Below are positions 28,457 to 40,184 of a stretch of DNA of 248,000 nucleotides, in pieces. The stretch is from the NCBI RefSeq assembly GCF_000737315.1, contig NZ_JMCB01000005.1, positions 20,001-268,000 on the forward strand. Reading direction: 5' to 3'. The first letter of the stretch is position 1, and each line of letters opens with the position of its first letter. Under the pieces are notes generated by a model. It was given only the letters and a program-made list of their open reading frames with translations, made no database searches and was not told where the DNA came from. The DNA is from Hyalangium minutum (lineage in GTDB: Bacteria > Myxococcota > Myxococcia > Myxococcales > Myxococcaceae). Made by a program: the position numbers and the translations under genes.

Positions 28457-29695
28457 ATGACGGACGTGGTGCGTCAGCGCAAGGACAGGGCTGAGGAGCT
28501 GCTGGCCTCGGGAGCGGTGGAGGCGGCGCTCGCGGAGTACCAGAAGCTCGCCGAGGAGGTCCCGGAGGACCTGACCAGCCGCCGCAAGGTGGCGGAGCTG
28601 TTCCAGCGGCTCGGCCGCCGCAAGGAGGCCCTGCTCACCTACGAGGCTCTGGCGGATGCCTGGGCCCGGCGCGGCTGGCTGCTGAGGGCCATCGCCCTGT
28701 GCAAGATCATCCTTCAGATCGAGCCTCGCCACGAGCGCACCCAGCGCCTGCTGGCGCAGCTCTACGCCCGCCGGCAGATGCCGCCGTCCCTGCCCGCGCC
28801 CGCGCCGGCCTCGGCGCCCTCGGAGCCCGAGGCCGTGGTGTCCAAGCCGGGCACGGGCAAGGTGCCGCGCTTCCCCGTCTTCTCGCAGCTGGGCGGAGAC
28901 GCCTTCCTGTCGCTCCTCGAGGGCTTGGAGATGCGCTTCTTCCAGCCCGGTGACGTCGTCATCGAGGAGGGCAAGGCCGCCACCTCCATGTTCGTCATCG
29001 TGGAGGGGAGCGTGGAGGTGGTGCAGAAGCAGGGCAAGGGCGGCGACCGCCCGGTGGCGCTCATGGGCGAGGGCAACCTCTTCGGGGAGATGGCGCTCGG
29101 AGGCGAGGCCTGCCGCCACACCCGCATCCAGGCGTATGAGCCCACGGTGGTGCTGGAGCTGACGCGCTCGCGCGTGGAGCAGCTCATCCTCCAGTACCCC
29201 GCGGTGGGGCAGGTGCTGCAGACCTTCTACCGGGAGCGGATGCTCAGCCAGCTGCTGAGCCAGAACCCCCTGTTCCGCTCGCTGTCGCAGGCGCAGCGCG
29301 AGGCCGTGGCGCTCGAGTTCCAGCTCTGCTCCATGCCGGCGGACCGGCCGCTCATCGCCCAGGGCCGCGCGGTGGACGCGCTCTACGTGCTGCTGCGAGG
29401 CTGCTGCCGGGTGACGCACCAGCGCTCCGAGGGCGGCGAGCTCGCCTCCCAGCCGCTCCAGGAGGGCGACATGTTCGGAGAGATCGCCCTGGTGCTCGGC
29501 ACGCAGGCCACGGCCACGGTGACCACGGAGACGCCCTGCACCCTGCTGCGGCTGAGCCGCGATGCGTGCGAGCGGCACCTGCTCCAGCAACCCGGGCTGC
29601 GCGACTACCTCTCGCGCCTGGCCTCCGAGCGCCTCCAGCGCACCGCGAGCCTCATCGCGGGCGAGGCTCCCGAAGAGGACGACGTCTGCATCTGA
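28457..29695 (+). CDS. TPR + tandem cNMP-binding domain protein
   Basis: Two FGE cNMP motifs. Confidence 0.75.
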   Translation: MTDVVRQRKDRAEELLASGAVEAALAEYQKLAEEVPEDLTSRRKVAELFQRLGRRKEALLTYEALADAWARRGWLLRAIALCKIILQIEPRHERTQRLLAQLYARRQMPPSLPAPAPASAPSEPEAVVSKPGTGKVPRFPVFSQLGGDAFLSLLEGLEMRFFQPGDVVIEEGKAATSMFVIVEGSVEVVQKQGKGGDRPVALMGEGNLFGEMALGGEACRHTRIQAYEPTVVLELTRSRVEQLILQYPAVGQVLQTFYRERMLSQLLSQNPLFRSLSQAQREAVALEFQLCSMPADRPLIAQGRAVDALYVLLRGCCRVTHQRSEGGELASQPLQEGDMFGEIALVLGTQATATVTTETPCTLLRLSRDACERHLLQQPGLRDYLSRLASERLQRTASLIAGEAPEEDDVCI

Positions 29696-29704
29696 GCGGC
29701 CCGC

Positions 29705-30385
29705 TCACTGGGCCTGCTTCTGGAGCTGATCGGGGTGGACCAGGGTGATTTGGCCCCCCTCGTAGGAGAGCAGGCCCTCACGGACGAAGAAGCGCAGCCA
29801 CTTGTTGGTGCTCTCGCGGGTGAGGCCGCACAGGTTGGCCAGCTCCACCTGCGTGAGCTTCTGGGAGATGACCACGCCGTCGGGGCCCAGCTGGCCCTGG
29901 CTCCGGGCCAGCTCGAGCAGCACGCGGATCAGCCGGGTGCGCGCATCCAGGAACGTCGCGTCGTGGACCAGCTGCGTCACCCGCCGCACCAGCAGGCTCA
30001 TGGACGCCAGCAGCCCTCGGGCCACCCGGGGCGAGCTGTCCAGGTACTGGTGGAAGCTCTCCCGCTGTAGGCACAGCAGCTCCGTCTCCTTCCGGGCCAC
30101 GGCGTCCGTCGAGCGGGGCTCGCCGTCCAGCAGCGCCAGCTCTCCGAAGAAGTCACCGCGCTCCAGCAGGGCCAGCGTCACCTCTTTGCCGTCCAGAGAG
30201 CTGAGGCGGATGGCCACCTGCCCCTTGCGGATGATGAAGAGCGCGGTACCTACATCTCCCTGATGGAAGATGACCTCTCCCCGGGGGTAGCGTCGGGCCT
30301 GCAGCAGGCCGGACAGGTGCTTGAGCTCCCCCTCCGCGAGGTGCTCGAATATGGGAACCTTGGCCAGCAGCTGCGTGTACGACAC
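29705..30385 (-). CDS. Crp/Fnr family regulator
   Basis: FFGELALLDGEPRS; TQVELA..GLTRES HTH. Confidence 0.9.
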   Translation of the reverse strand: MSYTQLLAKVPIFEHLAEGELKHLSGLLQARRYPRGEVIFHQGDVGTALFIIRKGQVAIRLSSLDGKEVTLALLERGDFFGELALLDGEPRSTDAVARKETELLCLQRESFHQYLDSSPRVARGLLASMSLLVRRVTQLVHDATFLDARTRLIRVLLELARSQGQLGPDGVVISQKLTQVELANLCGLTRESTNKWLRFFVREGLLSYEGGQITLVHPDQLQKQAQ

Positions 30386-30588
30386 CGGGCCTCCTCACCA
30401 GGGAGGGCTGTAGGATAGCGGGTAATTCGCGTTTTGCTGCAACGGACCTGGAGGGTAGGGTAGATTGAGCAGGCGGGGAAGGGAGCGGCCGCCGAGGGGC
30501 CCGACGTGCTGCCATGGAGTAGGGCGGGCAAATGTGCTCGAGGTGGCAGCGCCACGAGCTGGGTAAGCGTGATACACACAAGGCTGAT

Positions 30589-32157
30589 ATGCACGCAGCG
30601 CTCGAAGTCCTTCTCGCCGATGGCGTGATCGATGAAGTCACCGCCCGCCTCAAGAGCGGCAAAGAGGCGGACGTGTACATCGTCGTTCACGGCGGCCAGT
30701 ACGTGGCGGCGAAAATCTACAAGGAGCGCACCCAGCGCAACTTCAAGAACAACGCCGGCTACAAGGAAGGGCGCCTGGTCCGCAACAGCCGCACGCGGCG
30801 GGCGATGGAGAAGGGCAGCCGCTTCGGCCAGGAGGCCGAGGAAGAGGCGTGGAAGACGGCCGAGGCGGAGACGCTCGGCAAGCTGCACACCGCCGGGGTG
30901 CGGGTGCCCTCGCCGGTGATGTTCTACGAGGGCGTGCTGTTGATGGAGCTGGTGGTGGACGCCGAGGGCCAGCCCGCGCCGCGCTTGATTGACGCGCTGC
31001 TCACGCCAGAGCTGGCGGCGGAGTTCTACCGGGACCTGCGCCAGCAGGCGGTGAAGATCCTCTGCGCCGATCTGATCCACGGCGACCTGAGCGCGTACAA
31101 CATCCTGCTCGGGGCAGCCGGCCCCACCATCATCGACTTTCCGCAGACGGTGTCGGCGGCGGCCAACAGCCGTGCGGAGTTCTTCTTCAAGCGGGACCTG
31201 GACAACCTGCAGCTCTTCTTCGCGGGCTATGACCCGGGGCTGATGGGGCGCGCGGGGGATTCTTCGGAGATCTGGCGGGCCTACGTGCGGCGTGAGCTGA
31301 CGCCGGACTTCGAGCCGTCGGGCCGAGGCGCACCGGATGGCCGGGGCCCGCGGCACGGCTCCCGTCAGGGAGGTCGGCCTCAGGGTGAAGGGGGACGCTC
31401 GTTCCCGCCGAGAGACCGTTCACCCGCGCCGGTGCAAGAGGCGCGCGAGGCCCCAGCTCCCGCGGTGGAGGAGGACGAGTTCGCGATCCTGCGCCAGGGT
31501 GGCGGCGAGCGGCCCAAGGTGGCCCAGCTCGCGAAGGCCGCCCGGGGCGGAGATCGTCCGCACCACCGGGGCGGTTCGAGAGGCGGTTCTCAGGGCGGTG
31601 GCCGGCGAGGTCCTCCAACGGGCGGGGCTCCTCGCCAGGGGAACGGGCAGTCTCGGCCGCACGGTGATCGTCCTCAGGGCGGCGGGCGTCCCTCGAAGCC
31701 GCCCCAGGGTGCGCAGACTCAGCACGGTGGCGGAGGCTCGGGGCAGACGAATGGTGCACACGCCTCGCACGGCGCTGGAGGTTCGGGACAGCCGAACGGC
31801 ACCCGCGTCTCACACGGCGGCGGTGGCTCCGGCCATTCGCACGGGGCGCGCGCTCAGCACGGAGGCGGCGGGCAGGGAGCGCCGCATCACCGGCGAGGCC
31901 CTCACGGAGGAGGAGGGCACGGCGCGCCTCGCGGCGGCAATGCTCCCCACGCTTCGGGTGGAAGTGCCCCGCATTCCGCGCAGGCCGGAGGCCGTCCTCA
32001 GCAGCACGGGCACCAGGGCGGTCGCGGTGGTGATCGGCCCCAGGGCACGCGTCAACCGCGCCAGGGTCGGCGGGGGGCTGCTGCGCCTGTGGTCTCCTAT
32101 GTGTCCCGCGGCACCGCTTCGGAGCCGGGGACGGGTGGCTCTCCCGAGGAGTCCTGA
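30589..32157 (+). CDS. RIO1-family kinase with Gly/His/Gln-rich tail
   Basis: SGKEADVY, IHGDLSAYN, IIDFPQ. Confidence 0.85.
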   Translation: MHAALEVLLADGVIDEVTARLKSGKEADVYIVVHGGQYVAAKIYKERTQRNFKNNAGYKEGRLVRNSRTRRAMEKGSRFGQEAEEEAWKTAEAETLGKLHTAGVRVPSPVMFYEGVLLMELVVDAEGQPAPRLIDALLTPELAAEFYRDLRQQAVKILCADLIHGDLSAYNILLGAAGPTIIDFPQTVSAAANSRAEFFFKRDLDNLQLFFAGYDPGLMGRAGDSSEIWRAYVRRELTPDFEPSGRGAPDGRGPRHGSRQGGRPQGEGGRSFPPRDRSPAPVQEAREAPAPAVEEDEFAILRQGGGERPKVAQLAKAARGGDRPHHRGGSRGGSQGGGRRGPPTGGAPRQGNGQSRPHGDRPQGGGRPSKPPQGAQTQHGGGGSGQTNGAHASHGAGGSGQPNGTRVSHGGGGSGHSHGARAQHGGGGQGAPHHRRGPHGGGGHGAPRGGNAPHASGGSAPHSAQAGGRPQQHGHQGGRGGDRPQGTRQPRQGRRGAAAPVVSYVSRGTASEPGTGGSPEES

Positions 32158-32185
32158 GCCGCCCGCGGTCCGCTGAGGAGGCGTC

Positions 32186-32857
32186 TCAGTCCATCACCAC
32201 CAGCGCATCGGTGAGCTCGTTGCGATTCTGCGCCTGGGCGGGCAGCGCCTCGGCGAGAGCGGCGCCCGCCTGCTCAATGGTGTGGCAGAGCGCGTCCGTA
32301 TAGCTGCCCTTCTTCAGCTCCGAGACGAGGCTGGCGCACAGCGCATCCAGCTTGGGCTGTCCCAGCTTCTCCAGCACTTGGGCATCCGCGAGCACCACGG
32401 CCATGCGCTCGAGCATGCTGACGTAGACGAGCAAGCCGCTGCCGGCGTCAGTGTGGTGGATGCGGCGATCGAAGAAGGCCTGCCGGGCGGCGCGTTCCAC
32501 CTCGGCCTTCTGCTCGCTGCGCGGGGTGAACAGGAGCCGCAGGCTGCCGGACAGGTGCGCCAGGACCACGCCCAGCACCCAGCCGCCGAGCACCAGGCCC
32601 ACCACCGGCAGCAGTCCGAGCCGGGGACGGGGCACGCCCCATTCGGAGGGCTCGACCCCCTGCAGCAGCCACCAGCCCACGCAGAGGGTGATGAGCCCGA
32701 ACCAGAGCCCGACCATGTCTTCGGCGCGGTCATACCGGCCGCTGGAGCTGGCGATGACCGGGACGATCTCCGCGGAGGAGCGGGCCTCTGCCCGGGCGAC
32801 GGCCTCGGTGACACGCCGGTGATCCGCTTCAGTAAAGAGCGTGGATGCGCGCTTCAT
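32186..32857 (-). CDS. TPM-domain membrane protein
   Basis: AEARSSAEIV...GLLVYVS; paired with next gene. Confidence 0.75.
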   Translation of the reverse strand: MKRASTLFTEADHRRVTEAVARAEARSSAEIVPVIASSSGRYDRAEDMVGLWFGLITLCVGWWLLQGVEPSEWGVPRPRLGLLPVVGLVLGGWVLGVVLAHLSGSLRLLFTPRSEQKAEVERAARQAFFDRRIHHTDAGSGLLVYVSMLERMAVVLADAQVLEKLGQPKLDALCASLVSELKKGSYTDALCHTIEQAGAALAEALPAQAQNRNELTDALVVMD

Positions 32858-32866
32858 GGCCCCTCC

Positions 32867-33679
32867 CTACCAGGACCCCGTGGCGCCGCCGCCACGTGAT
32901 GAGCTTCCACCTCCGCTGCTCCACGAGCTGCTGCTGCTCGAGGAACTGCTGGAGTGAGAGTGTCCCCAGCCATGGTGGTGGTGATGGCGACGCCTGGGCG
33001 ACAGTAGCGCGCCCAGGATGGCCCACAGCGCGCTGAAGACGATGCTCCAGAAGCCCCAGGCGTAGCCTTGTGTGCCGCTGCGCAGCAGCGAGATGAGCGT
33101 GAAGAGGCCCAGCGCTCCGCCCCCGGCGTAGCCCAGCATTCGTTCCTGGGACATGGGCGCTCGGGGAAGCTCCTGGCCGCGGACCATGAGATCCAGCGCG
33201 GAGGCCCCCAGGACCAGGCCGGACGAATGGCGCTCCTTCTTGAATGCGGGGATGAGGTGGTCCTGCAGGATGCTCCAGCAGGAGGCGTCCTTCTCCTGGC
33301 CCCAGCCGGGGCCCATCTCGATGCGGGCCTTCCGGTCGAGCTTGCTCACCAGCAGGAGGACCCCCTTGCTGTCCTCGGGGCTCACGGCGCCGGAGACGCC
33401 AATGCCCCACTCGCGGAACAACTGGGAGGCAAAGTCCTCGATGCTCATCCGCGCCCCGCCGTACCTCGCCATCGTGTCGATGGTCACGACGAACAGAGGA
33501 ATCTCCTGCTCTGTCCACAGTCGCTCGGCCGTGGCCTGGATCTCTTGTGCGTCCTCAGGGCGGATGACCGACGCTAGATCCACGACGTACTGCCCGGTGG
33601 GGGGCGCCGGGGGAAGATGGAGTGCCGCGTGGGCGGGCATGGCCAGCAGCAGCGCTGCCAGCAGAGCCAGGGTCTTCAC
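32867..33679 (-). CDS. TPM/DUF477 (YgcG-like) protein
   Basis: Signal peptide; GVLLLVS; GGGATGSW end. Confidence 0.8.
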   Translation of the reverse strand: MKTLALLAALLLAMPAHAALHLPPAPPTGQYVVDLASVIRPEDAQEIQATAERLWTEQEIPLFVVTIDTMARYGGARMSIEDFASQLFREWGIGVSGAVSPEDSKGVLLLVSKLDRKARIEMGPGWGQEKDASCWSILQDHLIPAFKKERHSSGLVLGASALDLMVRGQELPRAPMSQERMLGYAGGGALGLFTLISLLRSGTQGYAWGFWSIVFSALWAILGALLSPRRRHHHHHGWGHSHSSSSSSSSSSWSSGGGSSSRGGGATGSW

Positions 33680-33732
33680 CAGGAGCCTCCGGAGAGCACC
33701 ACGAGCGGGCCAGATGTTGGCCCTGCGACACT

Positions 33733-35985
33733 CTACACCGCCGGAGGTCCAGGCGGTGTCTCCGAGGTCCTGCGAGGGAGGCTCACCGTGAACAGCGCTC
33801 CCTGGCCGGGCGCGCTCTCCACCTGGATGGTGCCGCGCATCGCCTCGACGATGGTGCGGGTGATGTAGAGGCCCAGGCCCAGGCCTCCATAATGGCGCTC
33901 GGACACGGCGCGCTCGAAGCGGTCGAAGATACGCTTCAGGTGCTCGGGCGCGATGCCGATGCCCTCGTCCTTCACGCGCAGCACGGCGCGGTGTTGATCG
34001 GCCTCCAGGGTGACATGGAAGGGCTTGCCGGCGCCGTACTTGATGGCGTTGTCGACCAGGTTGGTGATGACCTGCTCCAACCGGAGCCGATCCCAGCGGC
34101 CCGTCACAGCCTCGGGCGCCGCCTTCAGCACGAGCTTCGAGCCCACCCGCACGGCCTCGGGCTCGTAGCGCGCCACCACCTCGCGGACGAGCGCCCCCAG
34201 CTCCACCTCCTCGAGCTCCAGCCGCAGCCGCCCGCCGACGATGCGGGACACGTCGAGCAGATCACTCACGAGCTCGGACAGCTTCTTCACCTGCCGGGAA
34301 CCTACGGCGATGTAGTCCTCCACCGCGTGGCGGAGGGGCGAGTCCGGCTGCCGCCGCACCTCACGCATGAGCATCTGCAGCTTCAGGCTCAGGGGGGTGA
34401 GGGGCGTCTTCAGCTCATGGCTGGCGATGGAGAGGAACTCATCGCGCAGGCGGATGGCATCCTGGGCCTCCCGGTAGAGCCGGGCGTTCTCGACGGAGAG
34501 GGCGGCGCGCCGCGCGAGCTCCCCCAGCACGGTGAGCTCCGCGGGCGTGTAGCGCCGGCCGGAGTGGGACATGGAGAAGGTGAGCACCCCGAGCGTTCGC
34601 CCACGCGCCACCAAGGGCGCCGAGATCAGCGAGCGGATGCGCGTAGCGGCCAGCTGTTTTGCATGGGCCTCGTTCAGCGCGATCTCTTGAGGCGAGAGGT
34701 CCGCGAGGAGGACCGGCCGGCCTTCGGTAATGGCCTGAATGACGGGGTACCGGGGGTTGCCGTCCCGGGTGACGATGGTGCACCGGATTTCTTGTGCGAG
34801 CGCATCATCCTCGGGATCCGTGCACACGGCCTCGACCCGCTTGAACGAGCCATCCGCCTGCATCAGGTCCACCAGGCACCAGTCCGCGAGCGACGGCACG
34901 GCGAGCCGGGCCACGTTGCGCAGGGTGGCCTCGTAGTCCAGGGACGAAGCCAGCACGGCGCTCGCCTCGGAGAGGAAGCGCGCGTTCGACTCGGCGCGCT
35001 TGAGCTCCTCCTCGGCATGGCGCTGCTCCGTCACGTCCCGCTGGGTGCCCCAGGCGCCCAGCAGCAGCCCATCGCGGACGATGCCCACCAGGTTGTTGAG
35101 GAAGACCTTGGGCGTGCCGTCGTGGGCCAGCTCCCGCGACTCCGCGTCCTCGATGCGGTAGCCGTTCTGGAGGAAGCCCCGGAGGTACTCGAGATTGCGG
35201 GGATCCTCGCGGACGAGCAGCGCGTCCAGCCGCGTGCCGATGAGCTCCGTGGCGCTGTGGAAGCCGTACATCCGGGCCATGGCGTCATTGCACTCGGCGA
35301 TGTGCGTATTCCGGAAGACGAGGTCGAGCTGCTCGTCCACTGGCACCGTGGTGGGAATGGGAGGGCATACGTCCACACGGTAGATGCCCTCGGTGCTCTT
35401 GGTGACGAAGGCCCGGTAGCGCTCCTCGCTGCGCTTCAGCTCGGCGGCCAGCGCCTCCGCCTGCTGGCGCGCGCGGACGATGGCCGTGACTTCGAAGCCG
35501 AAGCTGGCGATTCCGTCCACGTTGCCCTGGGCGTCTCGCGTGGGCTGATAGATGAAGTTGACGAAGCGCTCGCTCTGCGAGCCGTCGGGATGGGTCACCT
35601 TGACGGGCATCTGCTCCGCGGAGAAGGGCTTGCCTGTCGAATAGACCTGATCCAGGAGCGCGACGAAGCCCTGAAACACGGCTCCGGGCAGGGCCTCGTG
35701 GAAGGGCTTGCCCAGGAGCTCCCGGTGGCCCAGCGCCTCGGTGTTCCTCGGATTGGAGAGCACGTAGACGTGCTGGGGGCCACGGAACAGGGCGATGAAG
35801 GCAGGTGCCTCCATGATCAGGTTTTCGAGGCGGACTCGCTCGGCCGCTGCTTCGCGGCGGGCCTGGCGCTCGCGTTCCAGCAGAACGGCCTGCTCCTCGG
35901 GACTCGGGGGCTGCGGGGGATCACGCGTCGGCACGGAGGGGCTCCCTCCGGCGGGCATAGCACCCATGCCCGCGGCCCATGTCAC
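33733..35985 (-). CDS. PAS/PAS/GAF histidine kinase
   Basis: ASHELKTP; NAIKYG; GLGLGL. Confidence 0.9.
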   Translation of the reverse strand: MTWAAGMGAMPAGGSPSVPTRDPPQPPSPEEQAVLLERERQARREAAAERVRLENLIMEAPAFIALFRGPQHVYVLSNPRNTEALGHRELLGKPFHEALPGAVFQGFVALLDQVYSTGKPFSAEQMPVKVTHPDGSQSERFVNFIYQPTRDAQGNVDGIASFGFEVTAIVRARQQAEALAAELKRSEERYRAFVTKSTEGIYRVDVCPPIPTTVPVDEQLDLVFRNTHIAECNDAMARMYGFHSATELIGTRLDALLVREDPRNLEYLRGFLQNGYRIEDAESRELAHDGTPKVFLNNLVGIVRDGLLLGAWGTQRDVTEQRHAEEELKRAESNARFLSEASAVLASSLDYEATLRNVARLAVPSLADWCLVDLMQADGSFKRVEAVCTDPEDDALAQEIRCTIVTRDGNPRYPVIQAITEGRPVLLADLSPQEIALNEAHAKQLAATRIRSLISAPLVARGRTLGVLTFSMSHSGRRYTPAELTVLGELARRAALSVENARLYREAQDAIRLRDEFLSIASHELKTPLTPLSLKLQMLMREVRRQPDSPLRHAVEDYIAVGSRQVKKLSELVSDLLDVSRIVGGRLRLELEEVELGALVREVVARYEPEAVRVGSKLVLKAAPEAVTGRWDRLRLEQVITNLVDNAIKYGAGKPFHVTLEADQHRAVLRVKDEGIGIAPEHLKRIFDRFERAVSERHYGGLGLGLYITRTIVEAMRGTIQVESAPGQGALFTVSLPRRTSETPPGPPAV

Positions 35986-36013
35986 CCAATTGGGGAGTCC
36001 TACGGATTCTCAA

Positions 36014-38113
36014 CTACTTGCGCAGGAGGGTGCCCTCGAGGAAGAAGGCAGCGCACGCGGCGACGATGAGCCATGTCCACAAAGGCACTTTGGGGCGCTC
36101 CGCGTCGCTGCTGGAGGCCTTCACGGTCTCCTCGCCGAAGTAGGCCGTGAGGGTATCTGTCGGGACCCGCGTCAAATCACTCTCGGCCGGATCCAGCGTC
36201 ACCGGGAAGTCGAGCGCCTGGAGCGGCTTACCCTCGGCGCCCAGCACGGCATGCAAGCCCGGCTCGTTCAGAGGTCCTGCCACGAGGCTGCCATCCGGCT
36301 GCGCCTTTACCGGGAGCTCAGTCCCATCCGGCGTACGGACAGCGGTGACGGTCTGGCCCGTCTCGGGCCGCATCGTCACGGACTCACCCACGCGCACGCG
36401 CTGCTCGGCGCGCTCCTCGAGCGAGCCGGTGAGGTACGCGGCGAAGCGCTGCATGAGCGGGAGGAAGCTGGTGCGGATGGCGAAGTCGCTCCAGTCGCGA
36501 TCCACGGTGCTGGTGAAGACGGCCACGCGGCCCTTCCCCCGGCGGGCCACGGCCACCGCGGGAGCCCCATCCTCATAGGTGGCCAGCACCTGGCTGGTGC
36601 CAGCGGCCGCGGGGTTGTCCGCCTCCAGGAGCATGTACTTGTAGAAGCGGGCGCCAATGAGGCCCTCCTCGGCGCGGCCGGTGAAGGGCGAGAACAGGGG
36701 GTGCTCCACCTGCACCTGCGCCAGCTTCGCGGACTGGGTCTCCGCGTCGGGGTCTTCGCGCTCCACGCTGGTGCGCACCAGGCGCAGTGGCCGGGGCAGC
36801 AGCGCACCGAGCCGCGAGTTGTACGCGTCCGGGTCCACCCGGTCGCCCATGCTCACGAAGAGGCCGCCGCCCGCGTTCACGAAGGCGTTGAGCCGCTCCG
36901 CGTCCTCCTTGCTCGGGGCGGGCACGTTGAGCATCAGCACCAAATCGTAGGCGGAGAAGTTCTCCCTCAAACCTGCCTCCGTGTCGCGCACGGCCACCTC
37001 CACGGGAGAGCCCGGGGCGGACAGGGCCGCCTCCACGAAGAAGGCCTCGTCCCGGTAGCGCGTGGCGTGCGGCGAGCCGTTGATGACCAGGGCCTTGAGC
37101 GCGCGCGGCACCGGCAGTACGAAGGCGCGCCGGTCGTCCTCGGGGAGCTCGTCCGGCGCGAGCGTCACCGAGCCCTGCGCCGTGCCACCCCGGGCGAAGC
37201 GCACCGTGAGCGTCTTCTGCGCGGTGCCGTTGGCGGGCACGTCCACGAAGCCCTTGGCGAGCGTGGACTCGCCCTCGCGCACGGCCGCCTCCAGGTCCTT
37301 CAGCGCCTCCGGGCCGTAGTTCTTCACCGTGAAGGTGAACTGGAAAGCACGGGGTCCGGCCTGCAGCGCGGGCTCGATCTTGAGGTCAACCAGCGCGTGG
37401 TTGGGCAGCACGTCCTGGCCGGACACCACGTCACGCAGCACCACCTCGGGCCGCACCAGCTTGCCGGTGGGGTCCTTCACGGTGGGCGGCGGGGCCTCCA
37501 GCCGGAACGCCGTGGCGGTCATGTCGGAGATGAGCACCAGCCGCTTGCCGGGCGTGGGGTTCTCCTCCAATGCGCGCGCGGCCATGTCCATGCAGCGCGA
37601 CAGGTCCGCGGTGCCATAGGTGGGCTTGGCCTCGTCGATGAGCGCCCGGAGCCGCGCGCGATCGAAGCCGAGCGGAGGCGGCGCGGTGGGCGTGCTCGTG
37701 CACACCAGCACCGTGGAGGGCTCATCGGCCTGCAGGTCCTTCAGCGCATCCCGCGCCTCATCCCGGCCGCGCTCGAAGAGCGAGGAGTCCTTGCCCCACC
37801 GCATGGAGAGCGAGGCATCCAGCACCACGGCGGTGGCGGCGGGGCCCTTGGCGACAGCCGCGGCCTGGGCATCCTGTCGCAGCTCGGGCCGGGCCAGCGC
37901 GATGGGGATGGCCAGGAGGATGAGGGTGCGGAGGATATAGAGGAGGAGCCGCTTGAGCTTGAGCCGGCTGGCCGTGCGCTTCTGGCTGCGCAGCACGAAG
38001 GCCATGGGCGGGAACGGATGGGGCCGGGGCCGCCGCCGGTCGAACAGGTGCACCAGCAGGGGGATGAAGGCGCCGAGCGCGCCCCACAGCATCCACGGAT
38101 TGCCGAAGATCAC
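36014..38113 (-). CDS. BatA/vWA-domain protein
   Basis: FGNPWML..PLLVHL N-terminus; LDASLSM. Confidence 0.8.
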   Translation of the reverse strand: MIFGNPWMLWGALGAFIPLLVHLFDRRRPRPHPFPPMAFVLRSQKRTASRLKLKRLLLYILRTLILLAIPIALARPELRQDAQAAAVAKGPAATAVVLDASLSMRWGKDSSLFERGRDEARDALKDLQADEPSTVLVCTSTPTAPPPLGFDRARLRALIDEAKPTYGTADLSRCMDMAARALEENPTPGKRLVLISDMTATAFRLEAPPPTVKDPTGKLVRPEVVLRDVVSGQDVLPNHALVDLKIEPALQAGPRAFQFTFTVKNYGPEALKDLEAAVREGESTLAKGFVDVPANGTAQKTLTVRFARGGTAQGSVTLAPDELPEDDRRAFVLPVPRALKALVINGSPHATRYRDEAFFVEAALSAPGSPVEVAVRDTEAGLRENFSAYDLVLMLNVPAPSKEDAERLNAFVNAGGGLFVSMGDRVDPDAYNSRLGALLPRPLRLVRTSVEREDPDAETQSAKLAQVQVEHPLFSPFTGRAEEGLIGARFYKYMLLEADNPAAAGTSQVLATYEDGAPAVAVARRGKGRVAVFTSTVDRDWSDFAIRTSFLPLMQRFAAYLTGSLEERAEQRVRVGESVTMRPETGQTVTAVRTPDGTELPVKAQPDGSLVAGPLNEPGLHAVLGAEGKPLQALDFPVTLDPAESDLTRVPTDTLTAYFGEETVKASSSDAERPKVPLWTWLIVAACAAFFLEGTLLRK

Positions 38114-38991
38114 CGACGCCTCCCGCGCCGCCCGAGGAACCGCAGCAGCACCTCGTCCAGCCGCTCGTCCGTGCGCACCAGCTCGTAGTCCACGTCCGCC
38201 TCGGCGCACGCGGACTTCACGTTGGCCAGGAAGGCGCCGAACTCTTCCAGGTAGCTCTCCTTGATTTCGCGCGGGTTCACCTCGACGCGCGCATCCCCCT
38301 CCATGTCGAGGAAGAGGGTGGGATCATCGAAGGGGAAGGTGAGCTCGGCGGGATCCACCACGTGGAAGAGCACCACGTCGTTCTTGCGCTGGCGCAGGGC
38401 GAGGATGCGCTTGAGCGCGTCCTGGTTCTCGTCCAGTAGGTCCGAGAGGACGATGACGGTGGAGCGGCGCGGGAGCACCTCGGCGAGGTGATCCGCGGCG
38501 CTGACCAGGTTCGTCGTTCCCTGGGCCTGGGTGCGCTCCAGCGTGTCCAGCAGCACGTTCAGGTGCCCGGCGGAGGCGCGCGGCGGCACGTCCTTGAACG
38601 CATTGCCCACCATGACCGCGAGCCCGGCGGCATCCTGCTGGCGCACGAGCAGGTAGCACAGCGCTCCGGCGAGGATGTTGGCGACCTCGAGCTTGGAGAG
38701 CGCGCCGCTGCGGTAGCCCATGGAGGCGGACGCATCCACCACCATGACCGAGCGCAGGTTCGTCTCATGCTCGAAGCGCTTGATGTAGTACTTGTCGAAC
38801 TTGCCGTAGGCCTTCCAGTCCAGGTGGCGCAGCTCGTCGCCGGGGGCGTACTCCTTGTGCTCGGCAAACTCCACGCTCTGGCCCTGGTGGGGGCTCTTGT
38901 GGAGGCCGGAGAGCACGCCCTCCATGACCGCGCGGGCGCGCAGCTTCACTCCCTGCAACCGGGACAGCGTCTGGGCGTCGAGCAGCGCCAT
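38110..38991 (-). CDS. DUF58 protein
   Basis: EFAEHKEYAPGDELRHLDWK. Confidence 0.9.
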   Translation of the reverse strand: MALLDAQTLSRLQGVKLRARAVMEGVLSGLHKSPHQGQSVEFAEHKEYAPGDELRHLDWKAYGKFDKYYIKRFEHETNLRSVMVVDASASMGYRSGALSKLEVANILAGALCYLLVRQQDAAGLAVMVGNAFKDVPPRASAGHLNVLLDTLERTQAQGTTNLVSAADHLAEVLPRRSTVIVLSDLLDENQDALKRILALRQRKNDVVLFHVVDPAELTFPFDDPTLFLDMEGDARVEVNPREIKESYLEEFGAFLANVKSACAEADVDYELVRTDERLDEVLLRFLGRRGRRR

Positions 38992-39003
38992 GGAACCCCG
39001 CGG

Positions 39004-40035
<1,032 letters not shown>

Positions 40036-40184
40036 AAGGGGGTTCTCTTAACCTTGGAGGGGCGCGGGGACCATCGGTTTCCGCAGCTCCTGTCCGTGGC
40101 GGACGTAGCGAGGCAACCCTTGAAGGGCGCGCCTATTCCGTCCCTCCTGCTGGGTAGGAGCGCGCCGCGAGCTCGGGTGCCTGC

